64,000 nucleotides of DNA, from NCBI GenBank assembly GCA_029820295.1, contig JALGVA010000006.1:1793-65792 (forward strand), given 5' to 3'. Below are positions 25,204 through 34,340 of this stretch, in pieces. This DNA comes from Candidatus Zipacnadia bacterium (GTDB taxonomy: Bacteria > Armatimonadota > Zipacnadia > Zipacnadales > UBA5352). The first letter of the stretch is position 1. Each line of letters starts with the position of its first letter. A model generated the notes under the pieces. It did not search any database and was not told the origin of the DNA. It saw only the letters and a program-made list of their open reading frames with translations. The position numbers were made by a program, and so were the translations under genes.

Positions 25204-26600
25204 ACGAGCTGGCGCGTGCTATCAGGCGAGTCGCGCTCGTGGCCGCGGTGGGCTTCGCGGTGTTGTGCGTCTACCTGAGTTGGTGGCAGGTGCTGCGCGC
25301 CCCGGCGCTGCGTGCCGACGAGCACAACTCGCGCGCCCGCGACCGCCTGCGCACCATCGAGCCCGGCGAGGTGCTTGATGCCGACGGTGAGGTGCTGCTG
25401 GGCGTGGAGCGGGGCCGCGAGGGCTGGGAGCGCACCTACCCCGCCGGACGCTACGTCGCCCACCTGACCGGGTACAACGATCGCAGCGGCCTGCAGCGCG
25501 GCCTGCGCGACGCCCTGCTGGGCGTGGGCCGCTACGAGAAGCCGTGGGCGGAGTTCATCGAGGGCCCGCTGCGCGGCAACGATGTGAAGCTGACCGTGGA
25601 CCTCGATGCCCAGCAGCTCGCCACCCGTCTGCTGCGCGGCCGGCGCGGCGCGGTGGTGGCCCTGGGCGCGCAGACCGGGGCGATCCTCGCGCTGGTGAGC
25701 GCGCCCGCCTACGACCCCGCGCGCATCCTCGACAGCGAGTGGGACTACCGGCTCTTCCAGGAGGACCCGGAGCTGCCCGAGCTTGACCGCGCGCTGCAGG
25801 GCCTCTACCCGCCCGGCTCGGTGCTCAAGGTCATGACCGCCGCGATCGCCCTCGACCTCGATCGCGTCGAGCCCGACACCACCTTCGAGTGCGCCGGCAG
25901 CTACGAGATCGGCGGGGCCAAGATCACCTGTCCGCGCGCGCACGGCAAGGTCACGCTCGCCGAGGCGCTCGCGGTGTCGTGCAACACCACCTTCGCGCGC
26001 CTGGGCGAGTACGTCGGCGGGGACGAGTTCATCGACTACGTGCAGCGCTTCGAGCTGCTCGAGCCCGCGCACATCCCTCTGCCCGCGCTGCCGGGGAAGA
26101 TCGGCGACCTGGGCCGTCAGAGCGACGGCGTGCTGCTCGCCGAGACCGCCTTCGGCCAGGGCGAGACGCTGGTGACGCCCTTCGCCATCGCGCGCCTGAC
26201 CCAGGCGTTGGCCAACGGCGGCACCATGATCGAGCCCTACCTCGTCTCCGAGGTGACCTCGCCCGCCGGGCACGTCGTTGCGAGCGCCCGCGAGCGCGTG
26301 GCCGGGCAGCCGGTGAGCGCCGGCACCGCCGCCCAGGTGGCAGGGATGATGGTGGGCGTCGTGGAAGAGGGCACCGGGCAGGTCGCGGCGCTGCGCGGCA
26401 TCGAGGTCGCGGGCAAGACCGGCTCGGCAGAGAATCCGCATGGTGAGGCGCACTCGTGGTTCACGGCCTTCGCGCCCGCCGACCGCCCGGAGGTGGTGGT
26501 CACCTGCGTGGTGGAGAACGCCGGCGCCGGCTCCGAGGCCGCCGCGCCCATCGTGCGCGAGATGCTCACGCATCTGCTGCGGCGGGCGGGCGTGAGATAG
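25200..26600 (+). CDS. class B penicillin-binding protein (PBP2/PbpA-type transpeptidase)
   Basis: SxxK (GSVLK), SxN (SCN) and KTG (GKTGSAE) motifs in the correct order. Its ATG overlaps the rodA stop (ATGA). Confidence 0.9.
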   Translation: MNELARAIRRVALVAAVGFAVLCVYLSWWQVLRAPALRADEHNSRARDRLRTIEPGEVLDADGEVLLGVERGREGWERTYPAGRYVAHLTGYNDRSGLQRGLRDALLGVGRYEKPWAEFIEGPLRGNDVKLTVDLDAQQLATRLLRGRRGAVVALGAQTGAILALVSAPAYDPARILDSEWDYRLFQEDPELPELDRALQGLYPPGSVLKVMTAAIALDLDRVEPDTTFECAGSYEIGGAKITCPRAHGKVTLAEALAVSCNTTFARLGEYVGGDEFIDYVQRFELLEPAHIPLPALPGKIGDLGRQSDGVLLAETAFGQGETLVTPFAIARLTQALANGGTMIEPYLVSEVTSPAGHVVASARERVAGQPVSAGTAAQVAGMMVGVVEEGTGQVAALRGIEVAGKTGSAENPHGEAHSWFTAFAPADRPEVVVTCVVENAGAGSEAAAPIVREMLTHLLRRAGVR

Positions 26601-26601
26601 C

Positions 26602-28509
26602 ATGCGACGAGGTGATGCCAACGTGGAGGGCACGCTGATCGCCGACAGGTACCGCGTCGATGCCCTCATCGGCGAGGGCGGCATGGCCCTGGTCTACCGC
26701 GGCACCGACACTACCCTCGACCGCCGCGTGGCCATCAAGATCCTGCGCCCCGGGCTGAGTGAGCAGCACGACGTCGTCGCGCGTTTCCGCCGCGAGGCCC
26801 ACGCCGCCGCCAAGCTCAACCACCCCAACATCGTGCAGATCTACGACACCGGCGTGGACGACGGCAGGTACTACATCGTCATGGAGTACCTGCCCGAGAT
26901 GAACCTCAAGGAGGTCATCAAGCGCTACGCGCCGCTGCCGCTGGACAAGGTCGTCGAGTTCGCCGTGGCGTGCTGCGAGGGGCTGGCCCACGCCCATCGC
27001 CAGGGCATCGTGCACCGCGACATCAAGCCGCACAACGTGCTCTTCACCGACGACGGCCGGGCCAAGCTGTCGGACTTCGGCATCGCCGCGGCGGCCGGCG
27101 AGGCCGGGCTGACCGAGGACGGCAAGGTCCTCGGCTCCGCGCACTACATCTCGCCCGAGCAGGCGCAGGGCGCCGCCGCCGGACCGCTGTCGGACATCTA
27201 CTCCCTCGGCGTGACTCTCTACGAGGCCGTGACCGGGCGCCTGCCCTTCAACGGCGAGACCGCGGCCGACATCGCCGCCCAGCACCTGCGCGAGGCCCCG
27301 CCCTCGCCGCGCTCGGTCAACCCCGACATCCCGCCCGCCGCGGAGTTCATCATCCAGAAGGCCATGGCGCGCGATCCCCAGCGCCGCTACCGCTCCGCCG
27401 ACGAGATGCTCGCCGACCTGCGCAAGCTCGAGCGCGGCCTGGACCTCGATCAGACCGGCGTGCTGCCGCCCACGCCGCCGGATGCCACCGTGGCGCTGCC
27501 GCGCGCGCCCGAGTCGGCACGGCGCCCACAGCCCACCTACGCGGAGCCCCCTGCCGCCCAGGCGGTGCGCCCGGTCACCGCTGCGCCGCGCCGGCCCCGC
27601 CAGGAGAATTCGGCAAACGCCGTCCTCGCGGGGGTCGGCGTCGGACTGCTGGCGGTGCTGGTGATCGTCGCCGTCGTCTGGCTGGTGCGCGCCGCCTTCT
27701 ACCCGCACGCCACGCCGACCATGATCGAGGTGCCCAACATCAAGGGCCTCACCGAGCAGCAGGCGCGCGATGCCATCGAGGAACGCGGGCTGGTGGTGGG
27801 GCGGGTCGAGCAGCAGTTCAACGATCTGCTCCCCCAGGGCGAGGTGACCGAGCAACAGCCCGCGCCCGGGCAGATGGTGCAGTCGGGCTCGACCGTGGAC
27901 ATGGTCGTGAATCTGGGCAAGGAGACGGTCTCGGTCATCGACGTCGTGGGCACGCGCGTGGAGCGCGCGCAGGCGCTGCTTGAGGCCGACGGCCTCACCC
28001 TGGGCGAGGTCACCGAGTACTTCCACGAGACCGAGCCGGCGGGCATCATCTTCGAGCAGGCCCCGCGCCCGGGCACGCGCGTGGACAAAGGCACCGGTAT
28101 TGATGTGTCGGTCTCCAAGGGCCCCGAGGAGCAGGCGCCGCCCGAGGAGCCCACGGAACCGGAGCCCGATGAGACTGTCGAAAACGGTGGCGAGACGCCC
28201 GGCGAGGAGCCCCAGGCCGCGGACCCGCGCGTCTTCGTCGACCAGGTCGGGGAAACCGAGGCATCGGGGTTGCGCAAGTTCCAGGTGCGCGTGATCGCCA
28301 CCGGTGAAGCCCCCGACCAGCAGATCGAGGTACGCTACCGCGATGAGAGCGGCTACGAGCGCCACGAGGAGTTCTCCCTGCAGCCCGGCGACAGCCGCAT
28401 CGTCGAGATCCGCACCGAGGGCACGGTGACCATCACGGTCTACCACCAGGACGGCGTCGTCTTCGAGAACACCTACCAGCTCGAGCAGGAAGAAGAGGCC
28501 GCCCCCTAG
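26602..28509 (+). CDS. Ser/Thr protein kinase with TM segment and two extracellular PASTA domains (PknB-like)
   Basis: Hanks kinase motifs VAIK, HRDIKPHN, DFGIA, SPEQ. TM AVLAGVGVGLLAVLVIVAVVWLV. Two PASTA-like repeats (VPNIKGLTEQQARDAIEE..., VIDVVGTRVERAQALLEA...). Confidence 0.9.
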   Translation: MRRGDANVEGTLIADRYRVDALIGEGGMALVYRGTDTTLDRRVAIKILRPGLSEQHDVVARFRREAHAAAKLNHPNIVQIYDTGVDDGRYYIVMEYLPEMNLKEVIKRYAPLPLDKVVEFAVACCEGLAHAHRQGIVHRDIKPHNVLFTDDGRAKLSDFGIAAAAGEAGLTEDGKVLGSAHYISPEQAQGAAAGPLSDIYSLGVTLYEAVTGRLPFNGETAADIAAQHLREAPPSPRSVNPDIPPAAEFIIQKAMARDPQRRYRSADEMLADLRKLERGLDLDQTGVLPPTPPDATVALPRAPESARRPQPTYAEPPAAQAVRPVTAAPRRPRQENSANAVLAGVGVGLLAVLVIVAVVWLVRAAFYPHATPTMIEVPNIKGLTEQQARDAIEERGLVVGRVEQQFNDLLPQGEVTEQQPAPGQMVQSGSTVDMVVNLGKETVSVIDVVGTRVERAQALLEADGLTLGEVTEYFHETEPAGIIFEQAPRPGTRVDKGTGIDVSVSKGPEEQAPPEEPTEPEPDETVENGGETPGEEPQAADPRVFVDQVGETEASGLRKFQVRVIATGEAPDQQIEVRYRDESGYERHEEFSLQPGDSRIVEIRTEGTVTITVYHQDGVVFENTYQLEQEEEAAP

Positions 28510-28556
28510 ACGGGGCGATGGCCGGCGATGGGAGTGACGGAACGATGGCAGGGCAG

Positions 28557-29294
28557 ATGAAGCTGCTGCTGGGGGCGAGCGTGCTGATCCTGGCCACGGT
28601 GCCGTGCTGGTCGGCGCCGACGGTGGCCGGAACCACGAACCTGGTGGCCGCCGAGAACGGCGGCCGCATCGCCAAGTTCTCCAGCCAGGCGGTAGACGAG
28701 AACGGACAGCCCCTGGCCGTGTGGTCGGTGACCAACCTTATCGACGGCAAGTACGTGGTCGGCTCGCACACCCCCGCGGATTCCTACGGCTGGCGCTCGC
28801 GCGGCGTCCCCGCGGCCGACCGGCCCGAGTGGATCATCTTCGAGCTGCCCGAGACCCGGCTGATCAGCCGCGTGGTCGTCGATCCCACCACCGACGACCC
28901 CGAGTTCCTCGGCCGCTGGGCCAAGAGTATCCGCGTCTCCGTTTCCACCGAGGGCGTCGATGGCCCTTACAAGACGGTGGGCTCGTACCTGGTGGTGCGG
29001 CGCGGCATCAAGCAGAGCTTCGACTTCACCCCCGTTGAGGCGCGCTGGGTCAAGCTCGACATCACCGAGAATTGGGGCTCCGACTTCGCCGTCGAGCTGG
29101 GCGAGTTCGAGGTCTACGAGGCGATCGTGGGGGACGACATGCTCGATCAGCTCATCCAGCGGTTGAGCACGCTGCTCGACGAACTCAAGCGCTACCGCGA
29201 CGCCGAGCGCTACCAGCAGCACCAGGCGAGCATCGAGGCGGTGACCAGCAGGCCCGAGCCGCCCGCCGAGGAGGCCCCGGCCGCGCAGCAGTAG
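28557..29294 (+). CDS. secreted F5/8 type C (discoidin, galactose-binding-like) domain protein with C-terminal coiled coil
   Basis: Signal peptide MKLLLGASVLILATVPCWSAP. NLIDGK...W...EWIIFELP...RVVVDP...VRVSVS...RWVKLDI is discoidin-like. The track ATG at 28518 is an alternative start. Confidence 0.65.
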   Translation: MKLLLGASVLILATVPCWSAPTVAGTTNLVAAENGGRIAKFSSQAVDENGQPLAVWSVTNLIDGKYVVGSHTPADSYGWRSRGVPAADRPEWIIFELPETRLISRVVVDPTTDDPEFLGRWAKSIRVSVSTEGVDGPYKTVGSYLVVRRGIKQSFDFTPVEARWVKLDITENWGSDFAVELGEFEVYEAIVGDDMLDQLIQRLSTLLDELKRYRDAERYQQHQASIEAVTSRPEPPAEEAPAAQQ

Positions 29295-29345
29295 GCTCGC
29301 GGAAGGCGCGTCAGGAGGGGGCTGCCGCATCGTCCGGGCGCGATG

Positions 29346-29374
29346 TTGCGCGGGCCTCGACAAGCGGGTATGAT
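29346..29374 (+). promoter_or_regulatory. candidate promoter of the toxin-antitoxin pair
   Basis: TTGCGC, 17-nt spacer, TATGAT, in a locally AT-richer spacer. Confidence 0.3.
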
Positions 29375-29379
29375 AATCC

Positions 29380-29389
29380 CGGGTACCCG
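29380..29389. promoter_or_regulatory. perfect 10-bp palindrome CGGGTACCCG just downstream of the candidate -10 (possible operator)
   Basis: Self-complementary decamer located between the putative -10 and the SD (GGAAGGGGG) of the antitoxin gene. Confidence 0.3.
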
Positions 29390-29422
29390 AACTGACTATC
29401 GACCAGGAAGGGGGCGACACCC

Positions 29423-30133
29423 ATGGAGACCATCTGCGCCGCTGACCGAGGTGTTTACACGCCTCGCCAGGTGTCTCTGCTGGTCAACCTGAGGCTTGAC
29501 AGCCGCTTCGACGCGGACACCTTTCGACGTTGGGCACATGGCTACGAGCGCGCGGGCCGCGTATACGAGCCCGTCATCCATCCCGAGTACGGTCCCGAAG
29601 CCCCGGTCCTGAGCTTCGTGGACCTCCTCGAGTTGATGTTCATTGGGGCATTGCGCCATCGGGACGTGTCACTGCCGGTCATCCGAGCAGCGGCACTGAA
29701 CGCTGCCCGGCGATTCCAGACCGATCATCCCTTCGCGGTCCGCAGGTTCCGCACTGACGGCAGGGCCATCTTCGCTGATCTGGAGCGCAACGGCCCCCCT
29801 CCCATAGACCTGCCGTCCCGCCGTCTGGTTGAGGAGCTTCACAGAGCCCAGATGGTGTTCCCAGAGATGGTCGAACCCTACCTCGAGGACATTGACTGGG
29901 GGGAGGTCGAGGCGCAGGCGTACTGGCCCTTCGGCCGAGAGGCCGGCATCGTGCTGGAGCCTGGCCGCTCCTTCGGCCAGCCCATCGACGCCGATACCGG
30001 CGTCCCGACGGAGGCTCTCTACTCGTTCTTCTCGGCGGGTGACAACCCGCAAATCATCGCCGAATGGTACGAGATACCCGTGGAAACGGTTGAGAGGGCA
30101 GTCGAGTTCGAGCGCGCGCTTCGGGCGGCATGA
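29423..30133 (+). CDS. DUF433-containing putative antitoxin with extended N-terminal DNA-binding-like domain (VapB45-like architecture)
   Basis: 236 aa. The C-terminal about 70 aa (PGRSFGQPIDADTGVPTEALYSFFSAGDNPQIIAEWYEIPVETVERAVEFE) match the DUF433/COG2442 pattern. The stop overlaps the next ATG (ATGA). Confidence 0.7.
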   Translation: METICAADRGVYTPRQVSLLVNLRLDSRFDADTFRRWAHGYERAGRVYEPVIHPEYGPEAPVLSFVDLLELMFIGALRHRDVSLPVIRAAALNAARRFQTDHPFAVRRFRTDGRAIFADLERNGPPPIDLPSRRLVEELHRAQMVFPEMVEPYLEDIDWGEVEAQAYWPFGREAGIVLEPGRSFGQPIDADTGVPTEALYSFFSAGDNPQIIAEWYEIPVETVERAVEFERALRAA

Positions 30134-30516
30134 GATTCGTCCTCGATGAGAACCTGCCACGTCAGCTCGCACGTCGCCTCGACGGCGAAGCCCGATTCCC
30201 CGTGGACCACGTGCTCGACTACCGCGAAGAGGGGAGACCAGACGAAGACCTCAAGGCGCTGGCCGCCGAGCAGGGCTTCGTTTTCGTCACGCGGGACTGG
30301 AACTTCATTCCACTTGACGTGACCCGCCAGACCTATCTGGATCAGCATGTGAGTGCCCTGATCTTCGTCGGATCACTGGGTGGGGCTTCGCTTCCGGAGC
30401 TACACGACTGGCTTCGCCGTCATTGGGCCCGGGTAGAAGACGCCTTCGCGAACGCCCGGACACCGACGGTCATTCGCGCCTACCTCGACGGGCGCCTCGC
30501 CGTTGATCCGTCCTGA
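30130..30516 (+). CDS. PIN-like DUF5615/COG4634-type putative toxin
   Basis: 128 aa. The N-terminus MRFVLDENLPRQLARRL is the hallmark of this family. 4-nt overlap with the DUF433 gene. GC is lower than the surroundings. Confidence 0.7.
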   Translation: MRFVLDENLPRQLARRLDGEARFPVDHVLDYREEGRPDEDLKALAAEQGFVFVTRDWNFIPLDVTRQTYLDQHVSALIFVGSLGGASLPELHDWLRRHWARVEDAFANARTPTVIRAYLDGRLAVDPS

Positions 30517-30541
30517 CCCAACGCTGACGGATACGCCCTGT

Positions 30542-31954
30542 TCACCTGGTCGCTCGCCGCGCCACCTCGCGCCCGGCCACGATCCCGCTGGCGCTCGCCT
30601 GCACCAACCCGCGCGTGAGTCCAGAGCCATCCCCCGCGAAGAACAGCTCCGCGCGCTCGGACTCGAGGTGCTCGCTCAGCCTCGCCGGGCGCACCGTGTA
30701 CAGCTTCGCCTCCGGCGCGTAGAGCAGCGTCCGGTTGCTGCACAGCCCCTCCAGCAGCCCGTCGCTGTCGAGCGCGCGCATGAAGGCCTCGATGACCCGG
30801 CAGGACTTGGCGTTGAGCGCCAGGCGGATGTCGCCCGGCAGTGCGCGCTCCAGCGTCGGCCGGATGAAGGCGTAGCCGAGGTCGCCGGCGCGCGAGCGCC
30901 GCCGCCGCTCGAACTTCGGCCAGGTCTGCACTATCGGGTTGCGCGCCCCCAGGATGCTCGCGGTGCGGATGTAGAGCTGGGCGTACTCGTTGGGGCAATC
31001 GCACGGGTCGTCGAGGTTGATAGTGTGCAGCACCGCGAAGTTGGTGCGCCCGGTCGGGCTCTCCAGCCGCGTCTGCCCGTTGACCGCCAGCAGGTCGGGG
31101 CCGTAGCGCTCGACCAGCACCGAGCCCTGGGGGCACACGCAGAAGGTGCGGATGCGCTCGCCCTCGATCAGCCCGCGCAGCTTGAATTCCCAGGTGGCCT
31201 CGGTCAGCGCCTCGGTCACGCGCGCGTCCGTCTCCACGCGCACGCCGATGTCGATGGGGCCGTGCACGCTGTCCAGGCCCAGCCCCTCCAGCGCGCCGAC
31301 CAGGAACTGGTGCCCGCTGCGCCCGGGGGCAGCCAGCAGCCACCGCGCGCACAGCTCCTCGCCGCCCTCGCAGTGCAGCAGCCAGCCACCGTCGTCCGCG
31401 GCGTCGAACGCGGTTACGCGCGTCCCCAGCAGGACCTGCACGCCCCGCTCGCTCAGGAAGTCGTACCAGCGGTCCACGATGCGCCGGCAGGTGGCGGTGC
31501 CCAGCGGGATGATGTCCGCCGGCACGTACTCCAGCCCCGCGCGGATGCAGGCGCGCTGGATCTGTTCGCTGGCCTGCGCGTCGCGGAAGCGCCCGCGCAT
31601 CTGCTCGTAGCGCGCGCTCTCCTCCGGCCCGAGGAAGCCCAGGTACAGCTCGAGCACCTCCTCGAGCAGCCCCGGCATGTCCGCCACGTGTTCCGCCAGC
31701 TCTCCGCCGATCTCCGATTCGAGTACCAGCTTGCCGTCGCTGTTGGCGCCCGCGCCGCCGAAGCCCGACACACGGCTGTCGTCGTGACGCGCGCCCTTCT
31801 CGATGATCGTGATGCGCTCGGCCGGCAGCCCCTCGCGCACGGCCGTGATGGCCGCCGCGATGCCCGCCGGTCCCGCGCCGATGATGACAAACCGCCCGTT
31901 CGGGTCCACGATCCGCGTCACCTCCCGACCTGCGTTGATACGTGCGACGCGCAC
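30542..31954 (-). CDS. FAD-dependent oxidoreductase (COG2509-like)
   Basis: N-terminal dinucleotide fold FVIIGAGPAGIAAA. C-terminal FFAGDGSGLTRGLVQASASG. Confidence 0.8.
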   Translation of the reverse strand: MRVARINAGREVTRIVDPNGRFVIIGAGPAGIAAAITAVREGLPAERITIIEKGARHDDSRVSGFGGAGANSDGKLVLESEIGGELAEHVADMPGLLEEVLELYLGFLGPEESARYEQMRGRFRDAQASEQIQRACIRAGLEYVPADIIPLGTATCRRIVDRWYDFLSERGVQVLLGTRVTAFDAADDGGWLLHCEGGEELCARWLLAAPGRSGHQFLVGALEGLGLDSVHGPIDIGVRVETDARVTEALTEATWEFKLRGLIEGERIRTFCVCPQGSVLVERYGPDLLAVNGQTRLESPTGRTNFAVLHTINLDDPCDCPNEYAQLYIRTASILGARNPIVQTWPKFERRRRSRAGDLGYAFIRPTLERALPGDIRLALNAKSCRVIEAFMRALDSDGLLEGLCSNRTLLYAPEAKLYTVRPARLSEHLESERAELFFAGDGSGLTRGLVQASASGIVAGREVARRATR

Positions 31955-31979
31955 CGGGAAGGTTCCTCGCCGGGGCCCG

Positions 31980-34340
31980 TCATTGCTTCTCGGGGTTGCG
32001 CGCCAGTATGCTCGCCGTCTCGGCGCAGCCGTACATGGTGCTCGTGTACGACTTGCCGAAGCCCTGCGTGGGCGCCTGGCCCAGCAACTTGCCGAACTTC
32101 TCCGCCCACGCCCTGCGCAGGATGCGCAGGTGCTCGGGGCTCTCGCCGAAGCGCACGCCGTTGACGTGCGCCATCATCGTCACGCCCGGCTGGCTGACGC
32201 CACGCAGCGCCGTCGCCGGGCATGAGGTGTAGCGCCAGCCGCTCCACTGGTCGTGCCAGGTGTCCAGGTCCAGGAAGGTCACCGCGCGGTCGATGGCGTC
32301 AGGCAGACGTTCGTCGCCGGAGAGCTGGTAGTAGCGCGCCAGGCCGTTGATGAGCACCGCGGTGATGAAGCCCGCCATCCCGGTGTGGCGCGCGGTCTCG
32401 CAGATGCAATGGTCGGGCGCCATCGGGTAGTACAGCCAGCCGCCGCACACCGGGTCCTGTGCGGCCAGCGCGTCCTCGGCGATGGTGCGCATGGCTGCGA
32501 GGTAGCGCTCGCCCAGGTCGATCTCGTACGCGCCCGCCAGCGCCAGCATGGTCCAGCCCGCCACGCGCCCACAGTGGCTGTGCCCCATGAACGGGAACTT
32601 GCGGTCCTCAACGAGCTGCGCCAGGTTGTCGCCGATCATCAGCACGGTCTCGCGGATGAACGGGTCGCCGGTGAGGAAGTAGTGCCGCGACACGCCCTGG
32701 GTGAAGATATGCCCCAGGTTGGTCGGCCCCAGGCACAGGTAGGGGCTGGGCGGACGTCCGACGCCCTTGTCGATGAAGAGCTGCCGGATGGTCTCGATGT
32801 CGTAGAAGCCGCTGACGTGCCCCACGGTGTGCTGGTGCACCATGCCCGGCCGGTAGGGGTAGTCGGGCTCCTCGCCCTCCTCACCGCGCTTCGGGCCGCC
32901 GGTGGTCTCGCAGAAGTGGTCCCACAGGTCGTCGCAGACGTGGTGGACGGTGTCCACCTCGGTCGAGTGCCGGGCGGCCGCGTCGGCCATGTAGAAGTAC
33001 TTCGGGTCACCGGTGCGCGCGAACTGGATCAGGAGCTGGTTGGTGGTGTCGTACTCGTGGTTGCCCCAATTGACCACGCGCTCGCCGAACCAGTCGCCCC
33101 AGTTCATTGCGCCGTAGTCGCGCTGCTCCTCGATGGAGCTGCAGTAGGCCTCGAAGAGCTTCTCGGCCCACTCATCGTACTCGGCCATCCCCGGCGCACC
33201 CCTGGGCATGATCTCGTCCCAGACGCCCGAGGCGATCGCCTGCTCGGGATCCGCGATGGGCAGCAGGGGTGCGTCGGCCGCCGCCCCGAGCGTCTCACCG
33301 TCGCCGCGCAGGTCCAGCCAGACCTCCCAGCGGCGCGCCTGGCCGGTGCGCAGGCGGTAGCTGGCGCCTTCGAACAGGTAGAGGTACTTCCACCACGGCT
33401 GCATGTGATCGAAGTCCTCGACCATGAAGGTGGGGAAGAGCCCCACCGCGAGGCCCTCGGCGGAGACCTCGAGGCTCTTGGGCCACTGCTGCCAGAAGTC
33501 GCGCAGCGCGACCGCAATGGTGCCCGCCTCGTCGCTGATCTCAGCCCAGCCGGGCGCGCGCCCCCCTCTGCCCTGGGCGCCCTCAAGCCGGCAGGTCTGG
33601 TCGTCGATCTGCATCAGGCCGACCGGCGTGCCTGCCGGGCCCTCCCAGCCGGGCTCGCCGCCGATGCGCGCGGTGGCCGCTCCCGAACGCGGGCGCACGT
33701 CCAGGTAGAGGCCTGCGATGCGCTGGATCACGCCCTCGTCGGCGTCCACGATGATCAGCGGCTCCAGCCGCAGCGTGCGCAGCCCCGCCCAGGCGCTGGC
33801 ACGCAGGCGGAAGCTGAAGACGCGCTCGCCGGACGGGCGCACGAACTCTCCGCGCACCTGCAGCGTGGCGCGCACCGGTCCCGCGCTCTCGACCTCAGCA
33901 GCCTGTACACGTGCGGCGCACGCCACGTCGCCCTCCAGCAGCAGGCGCAGGCCGATCTCCAGCCGGTCGCCGACGGCCAGGACGCCGTCCCGGCCGGGCG
34001 CGAGCCGCACCGCGCCGCACGAGACCGCCGGCGTATCGCCCTCGGCCGCACAGGGGACATCGGGCACCGCCGGCCGGTCGCTGTCCCAGGTGAGCGTGTA
34101 GCGCGCCTCGCCCCCGGGGGGCGGGTCGGCCTCGAAGTCGAGCAGCACCCAGCGCGCCGAGCCGTCCTGCCAGCGCCCGAGCACCTGCGCCTGCAGCGGC
34201 ACGACCGCCCCGTCGGCCTCCGCGAGGGCGAACACGCTGCCCTCAGGCGCAGCGCCCTGCGGCAGCGGCACGCCGCCGCCGACGGGTCTGCGCGCGGCGA
34301 CCCCGGCTACGTCCTTCACCATCACGTCGAGTCCGTCCAT
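31980..34340 (-). CDS. large polysaccharide-active enzyme candidate (PcRGLX / exo-rhamnogalacturonan-lyase-like N-terminal barrel plus alpha/alpha-toroid-like C-terminal region); family tentative
   Basis: Start MDGLDVMVKD (ATG 34338-34340, GGGGAGG 7 nt upstream). DGSARWVLLDFEA and later WQQWPKSLE and NWGNHEYD segments resemble that family from memory. 786 aa. Confidence 0.55.
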   Translation of the reverse strand: MDGLDVMVKDVAGVAARRPVGGGVPLPQGAAPEGSVFALAEADGAVVPLQAQVLGRWQDGSARWVLLDFEADPPPGGEARYTLTWDSDRPAVPDVPCAAEGDTPAVSCGAVRLAPGRDGVLAVGDRLEIGLRLLLEGDVACAARVQAAEVESAGPVRATLQVRGEFVRPSGERVFSFRLRASAWAGLRTLRLEPLIIVDADEGVIQRIAGLYLDVRPRSGAATARIGGEPGWEGPAGTPVGLMQIDDQTCRLEGAQGRGGRAPGWAEISDEAGTIAVALRDFWQQWPKSLEVSAEGLAVGLFPTFMVEDFDHMQPWWKYLYLFEGASYRLRTGQARRWEVWLDLRGDGETLGAAADAPLLPIADPEQAIASGVWDEIMPRGAPGMAEYDEWAEKLFEAYCSSIEEQRDYGAMNWGDWFGERVVNWGNHEYDTTNQLLIQFARTGDPKYFYMADAAARHSTEVDTVHHVCDDLWDHFCETTGGPKRGEEGEEPDYPYRPGMVHQHTVGHVSGFYDIETIRQLFIDKGVGRPPSPYLCLGPTNLGHIFTQGVSRHYFLTGDPFIRETVLMIGDNLAQLVEDRKFPFMGHSHCGRVAGWTMLALAGAYEIDLGERYLAAMRTIAEDALAAQDPVCGGWLYYPMAPDHCICETARHTGMAGFITAVLINGLARYYQLSGDERLPDAIDRAVTFLDLDTWHDQWSGWRYTSCPATALRGVSQPGVTMMAHVNGVRFGESPEHLRILRRAWAEKFGKLLGQAPTQGFGKSYTSTMYGCAETASILARNPEKQ

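Noticed and set aside
28100-28260. Repeat-like acidic/proline coding stretch in the kinase C-terminal region, and similar PEPEP or APAP stretches at about 4170-4230 and 23380-23560.
   Set aside because: These are low-complexity linker regions within well-supported ORFs, not DNA-level repeats or mobile elements.
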